A stretch of 64,000 nucleotides of DNA from Ranitomeya imitator (taxonomy: Eukaryota): NCBI RefSeq assembly GCF_032444005.1, contig NC_091284.1, positions 14,074,001 through 14,138,000 of the forward strand, in the 5' to 3' direction. Below are positions 11,314-21,399 of this stretch, piece by piece. Each line of letters begins with the position of its first letter. The stretch's first letter is position 1. The notes under the pieces are model-generated. The model saw only the letters and a list, made by a program, of their open reading frames with translations. It ran no database searches and was not told where the DNA came from. Both the position numbers and the translations under genes were made by a program.

Positions 11314-13716
11314 CAGTGGGGCAAAAAAGTATTTAGTCAGTCAGCAATAGTGCAAGTTCCACCACTTAAAAAGATGAGAGGTGTCTGTAATTTACATCAT
11401 AGGTAGACCTCAACTATGGGAGACAAACTGAGAAAAAAAAATCCAGAAAATCACATTGTCTGTTTTTTTAACAATTTATTTGCATATTATGGTGGAAAAT
11501 AAGTATTTGGTCAGAAACAAAATTTCATCTCAATACTTTGTAATATATCCTTTGTTGGCAATGACAGAGGTCAAACGTTTTCTGTAAGTCTTCACAAGGT
11601 TGCCACACACTGTTGTTGGTATGTTGGCCCATTCCTCCATGCAGATCTCCTCTAGAGCAGTGATGTTTTTGGCTTTTCGCTTGGCAACACGGACTTTCAA
11701 CTCCCTCCAAAGGTTTTCTATAGGGTTGAGATCTGGAGACTGGCTAGGCCACTCCAGGACCTTGAAATGCTTCTTACAAAGCCACTCCTTCGTTGCCCTG
11801 GCGGTGTGCTTTGGATCATTGTCATGTTGAAAGACCCAGCCACGTTTCATCTTCAATGCCCTTGCTGATGGAAGGAGGTTTGCACTCAAAATCTCACGAT
11901 ACATGGCCCCACTCATTCTTTCATGTACCCGGATCAGTTGTCCTGGCCCCTTTGCAGAGAAACAACCCCAAAGCATGATGTTTCCACCACCATGCTTTAC
12001 AGTAGGTATGGTGTTTGATGGATGCAACTCAGTATTCTTTTTCCTCCAAACACAAGTTGTGTTTCTACCAAACAGTTCCAGTTTGGTTTCATTAGACCAT
12101 AGGACATTCTCCAAAAACTCCTCTGGATCATCCAAATGCTCTCTAGCAAACTTCAGATGGGCCCGGACATGTACTGGCTTAAGCAGTAGGACACGTCTGG
12201 CACTGCAGGATCTGAGTCCATGGTGGCGTAGTGTGTTACTTATGGTAGGCCTTGTTACATTGGTCCCAGCTCTCTGCAGTTCATTCACTAGGTCCCCCCG
12301 CGTGGTTCTGGGATTTTTGCTCACCGTTCTTGTGATCATTCTGACCCCACGGGGTGGGATTTTGCGTGGAGCCCCAGATCGAGGGAGATTATCAGTGGTC
12401 ATGTATGTCTTCCATTTTCTAATTATTGCTCCCACTGTTGATTTCTTCACTCCAAGCTGGTTGGCTATTGCAGATTCAGTCTTCCCAGCCTGGTGCAGGG
12501 CTACAATTTTATTTCAACTCCCTCCAAAGGTTTTCTATAGGGTTGAGATCTGGAGACTGGCTAGGCCACTCCAGGACCTTGAAATGCTTCTTACGAAGCC
12601 ACTCCTTCGTTGCCCTGGCGGTGTGCTTTGGATCATTGTCATGTTGAAAGACCCAGCCATGTTTCATCTTCAATGAAGATGATGGAAGGAGGTTTGCACT
12701 CAAAATCTCACGATACATGGCCCCATTCATTCTTTCATGCACCCGGATCAGTCGTACTGGCCCCTTTGCAGAGAAACAGCCCCAAAGCATGATGTTTCCA
12801 CCACCATGCTTTACAGTAGGTATGGTGTTTGATGGATGCAACTCAGTATTCTTTTTCCTCCAAACACGACAAGTTGTGTTTCTACCAAACAGTTCCAGTT
12901 TGGTTTCATCAGAGAATAGGACTTTCTCCCAAAACTTCTCTGGATCATCCAAATGCTCTCTAACAAACTTCAGACGGGCCCGGACATGTACTGGCTTAAG
13001 CAGTGGGACACGTCTGGCACTGCAGGATCTGAGTCCATGGTGGCGTAGTGTGTTACTTATGGTAGGCCTTGTTACATTGGTCCCAGCTCTCTGCAGTTCA
13101 TTCACTAGGTCCCCCCGCATGGTTCTGGGATTTTTGCTCACCGTTCTTGTGATCATTCTGACCCCACGGGGTGGGATTTTGCGTGGAGCCCCAGATCGAG
13201 GGAGATTATCAGTGGTCTTGTATGTCTTCCATTTTCTAATTATTGCTCCCACTGTTGATTTCTTCACTCCAAGGTGGTTGGCTATTGCAGATTCAGTCTT
13301 CCCAGCCTGGTGCAGGGCTACAATTTTGTTTCTGGTGTCCTTTGACAGCTCTTTGGTCTTCACCATAGTGGAGTTTGGAGTCAGACTGTTTGAGGGTGTG
13401 CACAGGTGTCTTTTTATACTGATAACAAGTTTAAACAGGTGCCATTACTACAGGTAATGAGTGGAGGAAAGAGGAGACTCTTAAAAAAGAAGTTACAGGT
13501 CTGTGAGAGCCAGAAATCTTGATTGTTTGTTTCTGACCAAATACTTATTTTCCACCATAATATGCAAATAAATTGTTAAAAAAACAGACAATGTGATTTT
13601 CTGGATTTTTTTTTCTCAGTTTGTCTCCCATAGTTGAGGTCTACCTATGATGTAAATTACAGACGCCTCTCATCTTTTTAAGTGGTGGAACTTGCACTAT
13701 TGCTGACTGACTAAAT
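11314..13716 (-). mobile_element. Tc1 transposon copy A with internal ~0.8-kb duplication; 5' TIR runs into the gap
   Basis: TA|CAGTGGGGCAAAAAAGTATTTAG TIR of ~210 bp. Two partial transposase ORFs (11530-12450, 12509-13366) with SxETK, HDNDPKH and SPDLNPIE motifs. Confidence 0.93.
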
Positions 13717-13885
13717 NNNNNNNNNNNNNNNNNNNNNNNNNNNNNNNNNNNNNNNNNNNNNNNNNNNNNNNNNNNNNNNNNNNNNNNNNNNNNNNNNNNN
13801 NNNNNNNNNNNNNNNNNNNNNNNNNNNNNNNNNNNNNNNNNNNNNNNNNNNNNNNNNNNNNNNNNNNNNNNNNNNNNNNNNNNNN
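13717..13885. other. Assembly gap (169 N)
   Basis: N run. Confidence 1.
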
Positions 13886-16119
13886 CGGCGTTGCCTGGGC
13901 ATAGTAAATATCTGTGGTTAGTTATAGCACGTCACTTCTCTTATTTTCCCATCACGCCTCTCATTTTCCCAATCACATCTTTCATTTTCCCCCTCACATC
14001 TCTCATTTTCTCCCTCACTCCTCTCATTCCCCCCTAACACTTGTCATTTCAACCTCACATCTGTCATTTTCCGATCACTCCACTATTTGCACTCACACCT
14101 TTTCATTTTCACCTCACACCTCTCATTTTCACCTCATCACCTCAGTATATACATGTTTGTCATCTCCCTTATATATAGTATACATCTGTATGTCATCTCC
14201 TGTATATAGCATATACCTGTGTGTCATCTCCTCCTGTATATAGTATATACCTGTATGTCATCTCCCCTATATATAGTATATACCTGAATGTCATCTCCTT
14301 CTATATATAGTATATACCTGTATGTCATCTCCTCCTGTATATAGTATATACCTGTGTGTCATCTCCCCTGTATATAGTATATACCTGTATGTCATCTCCT
14401 CCTGTATATAGTATATACCTATATGTCATCTCCTCCTCTATATAGTATATACCTGTGTGTCATCTCCCCTGTATATAGTATATATCTGAGTGTCATCTCC
14501 TCCTGTATATAGTATATACCTATATGTCATCTCCTCCTCTATATAGTATATACCTGTGTGTCATCTCTCCTGTATATAGTATATACCTGTGTGTCATCTC
14601 CTCTGTATATAGTATATACCTGTATGTCATCTCCTCCTCTATATAGTATATACCTGTGTGTCATCTCTCCTGTATATAGTATATACCTGTGTGTCATCTC
14701 CTCCTGTATATAGTATATACCTGTATGTCATCTCCTCCTGTATATAGTATGTACCTATATGTCATCTCCTCCTCTATATAGTATATACCTGTGTGTCATC
14801 TCTCCTGTATATAGTATATATCTGTGTGTCATCTCCCCTGTATATAGTATATACCTGTGTGATCTCCTGTATTAGACCTCGTTCGCACGTTATTTGCTCA
14901 GTATTTTTACCTCAGTATTTGTAAGCTAAATTGGCAGCCTGATAAATCCCCAGCCAACAGGAAGCCCTCCCCCTGGCAGTATATATTAGCTCACACATAC
15001 ACATAATAGACAGGTCATGTGACTGACAGCTGCCGTATTTCCTATATGGTGCAATTGTTGTAGTTTGTCTGCTTATTAATCAGATTTTTATTTTTGAAGG
15101 CTAATACCAGACTTGTGTGTGTTTTAGGGCGAGTTTCGTTTGTCAAGTTGTGTGTGTTGAGTTTTGTGTGGCGACATGCGTGTAGCAACTTTTTGTGTCG
15201 AGTTGCATGTGACAGGTTAGTGTAGCAAGTTGTGTGCAGCAAGTTTTGCGCATGGCGAGTTTTGCGCGTTGCGAGTATTATGTGTGGTGCCTTTTGAGTA
15301 TGTGCAAGTTTTGCATGTGGCAACTTTTACATGTGTTGCAACTTTTGTGCATGTGGCAATTTTTCCGCGTGTGCAAGTTTTGCGTGTGGCGAGTTTTCCA
15401 TGAGATGAGTTTTGCACTTGTGGCGAGTTTTGCGTGAGCCTAGTTTTTGCATGTGGCGAGTTTTGCGTGTGACGAGTTTTGAGCGGCGACTTTTGTGTTT
15501 CGACTTTTATGTGGTGAGGTTGGTGTATGTGTGGTGAAATGTGTGCTGAGGGTGGTATATGTGTTCAAGCACGTGGTAGTGTGTGGCGCATTTTGTGTGT
15601 GTGTTCATATCCCCGTGTGTGGTGAGTATCCCATGTCGGGGTCCCACCTTAGCAACTGTACGGTATATACTCTTTGGCGCCATCGCTCTCATTCTTTAAG
15701 TCCCCCTTGTTCACATCTGGCAGCTGTCAATTTGCCTCCAACACTTTTCCTTTCATTTTTTCCCCATTATGTAGATAGGGGCAAAATTGTTTGGTGAATT
15801 GGAAAGTGCGGGGTTAAAATTTCACCTCACAACGTAGCCTATGACGCTCTCAGGGTCCAGACGTGTGACTGTGCAAAATTTTGTTTCTGTAGCTGCGATG
15901 CCTCCAACACTTTTCCTTTCACTTTTTCCCCATTATGTAGATAGGGGCAAAATTGTTTGGTGAATTGGAACGCGCGGGGTTAAAATTTCGCCTCACAATA
16001 TAGCCTATGACGCTCTCGGGGTCCAGACGTGTGACCGTGCAAAATTTTGTGGCTGTAGCTGCGACGGTGCAGATGCCAATCCCGGACACACACACACATT
16101 CAGCTTTATATAGTAGAGA
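13886..16119 (-). mobile_element. Non-autonomous Helitron-like element
   Basis: Minus-strand 5' end A|TCTCTACTATATAAAGCTGAATGTGTGTG; 3' end TACTATGCCCAGGCAACGCCG (GC hairpin) cut by the gap where CTRR is expected. Internal minisatellite and a 167-bp direct duplication (15732-16050). Confidence 0.65.
14140..14870. repeat. 38-40-bp minisatellite inside the Helitron-like element
   Basis: Unit approx TGTCATCTCCTCCTGTATATAGTATATACCTGT(G/A). Confidence 0.9.
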
Positions 16120-16122
16120 TAG

Positions 16123-16155
<33 letters not shown>

Positions 16156-16520
16156 GTGGGGCAAAAAAGTATTTAGTCAGTCAGCAATAGTGCAAGTTCC
16201 ACCACTTAAAAAGATGAGAGGCGTCTGTAATTTACATCATAGGTAGACCTCAACTATGGGAGACAAACTGAGAAAAAAAAATCCAGAAAATCACATTGTC
16301 TGTTTTTTTAACATTTTATTTGCATATTATGGTGGAAAATAAGTATTTGGTCAGAAACAAACAATCAAGATTTCTGGCTCTCACAGACCTGTAACTTCTT
16401 CTTTAAGAGTCTCCTCTTTCCTCCACTCATTACCTGTAGTAATGGCACCTGTTTAAACTTGTTATCAGTATAAAAAGACACCTGTGCACACCCTCAAACA
16501 GTCTGACTCCAAACTCCACT

Positions 16521-17540
16521 ATGGTGAAGACCAAAGAGCTGTCAAAGGACACCAGAAATAAAATTGTAGCCCTGCACCAGGCTGGGAAGACTGAATCTGC
16601 AATAGCCAACCAGCTTGGAGTGAAGAAATCAACAGTGGGAGCAATAATTAGAAAATGGAAGACATACATGACCACTGATAATCTCCCTCGATCTGGGGCT
16701 CCACGCAAAATCCCACCCCGTGGGGTCAGAATGATCACAAGAACGGTGAGCAAAAATCCCAGAACCACGCGGGGGGACCTAGTGAATGAACTGCAGAGAG
16801 CTGGGACCAATGTAACAAGGCCTACCATAAGTAACACACTACGCCACCATGGACTCAGATCCTGCAGTGCCAGACGTGTCCTACTGCTTAAGCCAGTACA
16901 TGTCCGGGCCCATCTGAAGTTTGCTAGAGAGCATTTGGATGATCCAGAGGAGTTTTTGGAGAATGTCCTATGGTCTAATGAAACCAAACTGGAACTGTTT
17001 GGTAGAAACACAACTTGTGTTTGGAGGAAAAAGAATACTGAGTTGCATCCATCAAACACCATACCTACTGTAAAGCATGGTGGTGGAAACATCATGCTTT
17101 GGGGTTGTTTCTCTGCAAAGGGGCCAGGACAACTGATCCGGGTACATGAAAGAATGAGTGGGGCCATGTATCGTGAGATTTTGAGTGCAAACCTCCTTCC
17201 ATCAGCAAGGGCATTGAAGATGAAACGTGGCTGGGTCTTTCAACATGACAATGATCCAAAGCACACCGCCAGGGCAACGAAGGAGTGGCTTTGTAAGAAG
17301 CATTTCAAGGTCCTGGAGTGGCCTAGCCAGTCTCCAGATCTCAACCCTATAGAAAACCTTTGGAGGGAGTTGAAAGTCCGTGTTGCCAAGCGAAAAGCCA
17401 AAAACATCACTGCTCTAGAGGAGATCTGCATGGAGGAATGGGCCAACATACCAACAACAGTGTGTGGCAACCTTGTGAAGACTTACAGAAAACGTTTGAC
17501 CTCTGTCATTGCCAACAAAGGATATATTACAAAGTATTGA
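16521..17540 (+). CDS. Tc1 transposase, 339 aa, first catalytic Asp replaced by Asn
   Basis: MVKTKELS N-terminal HTH; WSNETK instead of WSDETK; HDND-(34)-E intact. Confidence 0.92.
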   Translation: MVKTKELSKDTRNKIVALHQAGKTESAIANQLGVKKSTVGAIIRKWKTYMTTDNLPRSGAPRKIPPRGVRMITRTVSKNPRTTRGDLVNELQRAGTNVTRPTISNTLRHHGLRSCSARRVLLLKPVHVRAHLKFAREHLDDPEEFLENVLWSNETKLELFGRNTTCVWRKKNTELHPSNTIPTVKHGGGNIMLWGCFSAKGPGQLIRVHERMSGAMYREILSANLLPSARALKMKRGWVFQHDNDPKHTARATKEWLCKKHFKVLEWPSQSPDLNPIENLWRELKVRVAKRKAKNITALEEICMEEWANIPTTVCGNLVKTYRKRLTSVIANKGYITKY

Positions 17541-18001
17541 GATGAAATTTTGTTTCTGACCAAATAACAGGATTTTTGGTTGCTTACCGTAAAATCTGTT
17601 TCTTGAAGCCTCCATTGGGGGACACAGGAACCATGGGTGTATGCTGCTGCCACTAGGAGGCTGACACTATGCAAATAAAAAAAAATTAGCTCCTCCTCTG
17701 CAGTGTACACCCCACCGACTGGCATTATACTCTTCAGTTAGTGAGAAAGCAGTAGGAGATAATGAAACAAGGTTAAAAAAAACCATAACCACAAACTTGA
17801 GAACTGTAACGTGAGAACAGTCATAGAACAGATAACAACAGAAAACATTGGGAGGGAGCTGTGTCCCCCAATGGAGGCTTCAAGAAACAGATTTTACGGT
17901 AAGCAACCAAAAATCCTGTTTTCTTTATCGCCTCTCATTGGGGGACACAGGAACCATGGGACGTCCCAAAGCAGTCCCAAGGGCGGGAAAACAGACTTCC
18001 A

Positions 18002-20845
18002 TCAGGTCAGAGGACTCACCACTGCCGCCTGCAGGATCCTTCTGCCTAGGCTGGCGTCCGCCGATGCGTAGGTATGGACCTTGTAAAATTTGGCGAACGT
18101 GTGGATGGAAGACCAAGTTGCCGCTTTGCAAAGCTGTAGGGCGGAAGCCCTGTGGTGCACCGCCCAGGAGGCGCCGACTGCCCGGGTAGAGTGAGCCTTA
18201 ATCCCAGGAGGGGGCACTCTGTTCTTGACCCGGTAAGCCTCCAAAATTGCCGTTCTGATCCAGCGAGCAATAGTCGCTTTAGAAGCCGGCTGGCCTCTGC
18301 GCGTGCCATCAGGAATGACGAAAAATGAATCCGTCTTCCGGAAAGAGGATGTTCTATCCAGATAAATCCTCACTGCCCTGACTAGGTCCAGCTTGTTCAA
18401 CGATCGCTCCAGAGGATGAGTCGGAGCTGGACAAAAGGAAGGTAGAACAATGTCCTCGTTGAGGTGGAAGGTGGAAACCACCTTAGGAAGAAAAGAAGGT
18501 GGAGGTCGGAAGACCACCTTGTCCTGGTGAATGACCAAAAACGGAGGGCGGCAAGACAGTGCCGCCAGCTCGGAAACGCGGCGAATGGACGTGATGGCCA
18601 CAAGAAAGGCCACCTTCCAAGATAAAACTGATAGAGGAATCTCCCTAAGAGGTTCAAAGGGAGAAACCTTCAAAACGTCCAGTACCAGGTTTAGGTCCCA
18701 TGCCTCCACAGGGGCCCTGTACGGCGGAACGGCGTGGGCTACCCCCTGAAAGAAGGTCTTAATCTGTGGCCGAGAGGCCAAGGTCTTCTGAAAGAGGATG
18801 GAAAGCGCAGAGACCTGACCCTTCAGGGAACTAAGAGCCAGGCCCGAATCCAGTCCTGCCTGAAGGAAGGCCAAAAGAGAAGGCAGGGAAAAAACCATAG
18901 GCGGCACGCGGTTGGACTCGCACCAACGGAAGTAGGCCTTCCAGGTGCGGTAGTAGATCCTGGAAGACGAAGGCTTCCGAGCCTGAATCATGGTGTGAAT
19001 CACCCGGTCCGAAAGGCCGGACGCTCTTAGAACCGCGGTCTCAACAGCCACGCCGTTAAACTGAGCGACCGAGAATTCGGGTGGCAGATCGGACCCTGGG
19101 ACAGCAGATCGGGCCTGTCTGGAAGGCACCAGGGAGCGTCCGCGAGAAGGTTGACGAGCTCCGCGAACCAAGCTCTCCTGGGCCAATCCGGGGCGATCAG
19201 GATGACCGGCACCCCTTCCGCTTTGATCTTCTTCAACAGTTTGGGAAGTAATGGAAGGGGTGGGAACAGATAGGGCAGCTCGAACTGTGACCAAGGAATG
19301 GCCAGAGCATCGACGCCCACTGCGAGAGGATCGCGTGACCTGGAGACGAATTGTGGAACCTTCCTGTTGATCCGAGACGCCGTGAGATCCACATCCGGAG
19401 TTCCCCATCGAAGACAAATCTGATGGAAAACCTCCGGATGCAGGGACCATTCCCCTGCCGCGAGACCCTCGCGGCTGAGGAAGTCGGCGGCCCAGTTTTC
19501 TACGCCGGGGATATGCACCGCGGATATCACCGGAACCGTTGCCTCTGCCCAAAGGAGGATCTTGGACACCTCGGCAAGGGCCAAGGAGCTCCGAGTCCCC
19601 CCCTGATGGTTGACATATGCCACAGCCGTGGCATTGTCCGTTTGGATCCGGACTGGAAGGCCCCTGAGAATCCTTTCCCAATGGCGGAGGGACAGAAAGA
19701 TGGCCCGAATTTCGAGGACGTTGATCGGCAGCGCGGACTCCTGCAGCGACCAACGGCCCTGAACCGTCAGGTGGCGAAAAACCGCACCCCAGCCGATCAG
19801 GCTGGCATCCGTTGTCACCACCTGCCAGTGAACCGGAAGGAAGGACCTGCCCTGGGAGATGAGAGGAGACGTCAGCCACCAGTTGAGAGACCGCTTGACC
19901 CGAAAGGAGAGTCTGATCGGCCGATCCAGGGAGAAGACCGACCTGTCCCACTGAGACAGAATGGCTTGCTGAAGGGGTCGAGAATGGAATTGGGCGAAGG
20001 GAATCGCTTCCAAGGTAGCTACCATCCTCCCCAGAACCTTCATGGCCGATCGGAGGGAGGGAGGCCGAGGACCCTGGAGCAAGAGTATGTCCCGACAAAG
20101 GGTGGATCTCTTGTCCTTGGGAAGGAAGACTCTGGACTGACGAGTGTCGAAGAGCATGCCCAGAAAGATGATGCGCTGAGAAGGAATAAGGCAGGACTTC
20201 TTCCGGTTGACCAGCCATCCGAAACGGGATAAGGTGTCGAGAACAATGGACAAGCTTTCGTGGGCCTGAGCAAAGGACGGAGCCTTGATGAGGATGTCGT
20301 CGAGGTATGGAAACAGAACCAAGCCTCTGACTCTCAAAATGGCCATCAGCGCCGCCATGATTTTCGTGAACACCCTTGGCGCGGTTGCGAGACCGAACGG
20401 CAGGGCGACGAACTGAAAATGATCTTGTTGCACTGCGAAGCGCAGGAAACGGTGATGTCCGGGAAATATTGGAACATGTAGGTAGGCGTCCTGGATATCT
20501 ATAGAGCATAGAAATTCCTGAGCCTCCATGGAAGCAATTACTGAACGAAGGGATTCCATCCTGAAGTGTCTCAGGCGAACCCTCCTGTTCAACAATTTGA
20601 GGTCCAGAATGGGACGAACCTTGCCGTCTTTTTTCGGTACCACAAAGAGGTTCGAGTAGAAACCCGTGTACCGTTCCTTTTCTGGGACGGGAACGATTAC
20701 CCCGGATTTGAGCAGAGAAGCGATGGCTGCGAAGAAGCCCGGAACCAAAGCGGGATCTTTTGGAGGACGAGATTGGAAGAAACGATCTCTGGGTCGGGAG
20801 GCGAACTCTATTTTGTATCCCGAAGACACAACTTCCCTGACCCAT
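18002..20845 (-). CDS. DIRS ORF3, tyrosine recombinase (C-terminal ~350 aa is the YR domain; start uncertain)
   Basis: IRRVSEL (R), KAHSTRA (H-x-x-R), AATWSS...FAKFY (W, Y) catalytic motifs. Confidence 0.92.
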   Translation of the reverse strand: MGQGSCVFGIQNRVRLPTQRSFLPISSSKRSRFGSGLLRSHRFSAQIRGNRSRPRKGTVHGFLLEPLCGTEKRRQGSSHSGPQIVEQEGSPETLQDGIPSFSNCFHGGSGISMLYRYPGRLPTCSNISRTSPFPALRSATRSFSVRRPAVRSRNRAKGVHENHGGADGHFESQRLGSVSIPRRHPHQGSVLCSGPRKLVHCSRHLIPFRMAGQPEEVLPYSFSAHHLSGHALRHSSVQSLPSQGQEIHPLSGHTLAPGSSASLPPIGHEGSGEDGSYLGSDSLRPIPFSTPSASHSVSVGQVGLLPGSADQTLLSGQAVSQLVADVSSHLPGQVLPSGSLAGGDNGCQPDRLGCGFSPPDGSGPLVAAGVRAADQRPRNSGHLSVPPPLGKDSQGPSSPDPNGQCHGCGICQPSGGDSELLGPCRGVQDPPLGRGNGSGDIRGAYPRRRKLGRRLPQPRGSRGRGMVPASGGFPSDLSSMGNSGCGSHGVSDQQEGSTIRLQVTRSSRSGRRCSGHSLVTVRAALSVPTPSITSQTVEEDQSGRGAGHPDRPGLAQESLVRGARQPSRGRSLVPSRQARSAVPGSDLPPEFSVAQFNGVAVETAVLRASGLSDRVIHTMIQARKPSSSRIYYRTWKAYFRWCESNRVPPMVFSLPSLLAFLQAGLDSGLALSSLKGQVSALSILFQKTLASRPQIKTFFQGVAHAVPPYRAPVEAWDLNLVLDVLKVSPFEPLREIPLSVLSWKVAFLVAITSIRRVSELAALSCRPPFLVIHQDKVVFRPPPSFLPKVVSTFHLNEDIVLPSFCPAPTHPLERSLNKLDLVRAVRIYLDRTSSFRKTDSFFVIPDGTRRGQPASKATIARWIRTAILEAYRVKNRVPPPGIKAHSTRAVGASWAVHHRASALQLCKAATWSSIHTFAKFYKVHTYASADASLGRRILQAAVVSPLT

Positions 20846-21399
20846 GCATCCTCTACTGCGGAAATCCAGACGTCCCTGAAACGGAGAAGACGGCCCCCCA
20901 ACCTGGGAGTTGGGCTGGAGTCTTGCCGAGAGTCATGCGGAAGTGGATCTTCCAGTCCTGGGCCTGGACGATCTACCCTGGGAATAGCGAGGACGCCAGG
21001 ACGGAGTGGGCCTGAAGGACACCGCCTTCTTCTCTTGACGTGCCTGTGGCCTCTGTTGCTGCTGGGAAAAGGAGTTTGACGCAGCGAAGCGACGAAAAGG
21101 CCGGAACGAGCGAAACTGCCGTCTAGGAGGAGGGCGACGAGGTTTAGCCTGGGGGAGAAGAGAACTTGTGCCCCCAGTGGCGTCCTTAATGATCTGGTCC
21201 AGCTGGGAACCAAAGAGACGAGAGCCCTGGAAGGGCAGACTAGTGAGGGACTTTTTGGAGGACAAGTCCGCCTGCCAGGCCTTGAGCCAAACGGTCCGGC
21301 GGATGGCAACGGCATTGCTGGAAGCCTGAGCCGCACAAGAGGCGACATCCAGGGAGGCGGAAACCAGGTATTCACCAGCGTGGGAAATCTGGTTGGCAA
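19027..21399 (-). CDS. DIRS ORF2: reverse transcriptase, RNase H and methyltransferase-like domain (start uncertain)
   Basis: RPILDLK, LPFGLATAPRVFTK, YLDDILI; RNase H TTDAS/INVLE/TDN; C-terminal DVDLTAS...YLFPP...LIAPDWPRRAWF. Confidence 0.95.
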   Translation of the reverse strand: MPTRFPTLVNTWFPPPWMSPLVRLRLPAMPLPSAGPFGSRPGRRTCPPKSPSLVCPSRALVSLVPSWTRSLRTPLGAQVLFSPRLNLVALLLDGSFARSGLFVASLRQTPFPSSNRGHRHVKRRRRCPSGPLRPGVLAIPRVDRPGPGLEDPLPHDSRQDSSPTPRLGGRLLRFRDVWISAVEDAWVREVVSSGYKIEFASRPRDRFFQSRPPKDPALVPGFFAAIASLLKSGVIVPVPEKERYTGFYSNLFVVPKKDGKVRPILDLKLLNRRVRLRHFRMESLRSVIASMEAQEFLCSIDIQDAYLHVPIFPGHHRFLRFAVQQDHFQFVALPFGLATAPRVFTKIMAALMAILRVRGLVLFPYLDDILIKAPSFAQAHESLSIVLDTLSRFGWLVNRKKSCLIPSQRIIFLGMLFDTRQSRVFLPKDKRSTLCRDILLLQGPRPPSLRSAMKVLGRMVATLEAIPFAQFHSRPLQQAILSQWDRSVFSLDRPIRLSFRVKRSLNWWLTSPLISQGRSFLPVHWQVVTTDASLIGWGAVFRHLTVQGRWSLQESALPINVLEIRAIFLSLRHWERILRGLPVRIQTDNATAVAYVNHQGGTRSSLALAEVSKILLWAEATVPVISAVHIPGVENWAADFLSREGLAAGEWSLHPEVFHQICLRWGTPDVDLTASRINRKVPQFVSRSRDPLAVGVDALAIPWSQFELPYLFPPLPLLPKLLKKIKAEGVPVILIAPDWPRRAWFAELVNLLADAPWCLPDRPDLLSQGPICHPNSRSLSLTAWLLRPRF

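Noticed and set aside
19351-20232. 293-aa ORF antisense to DIRS pol, and antisense ORFs over the Tc1 transposases
   Set aside because: Shadow frames of coding sequence with no recognisable motifs.
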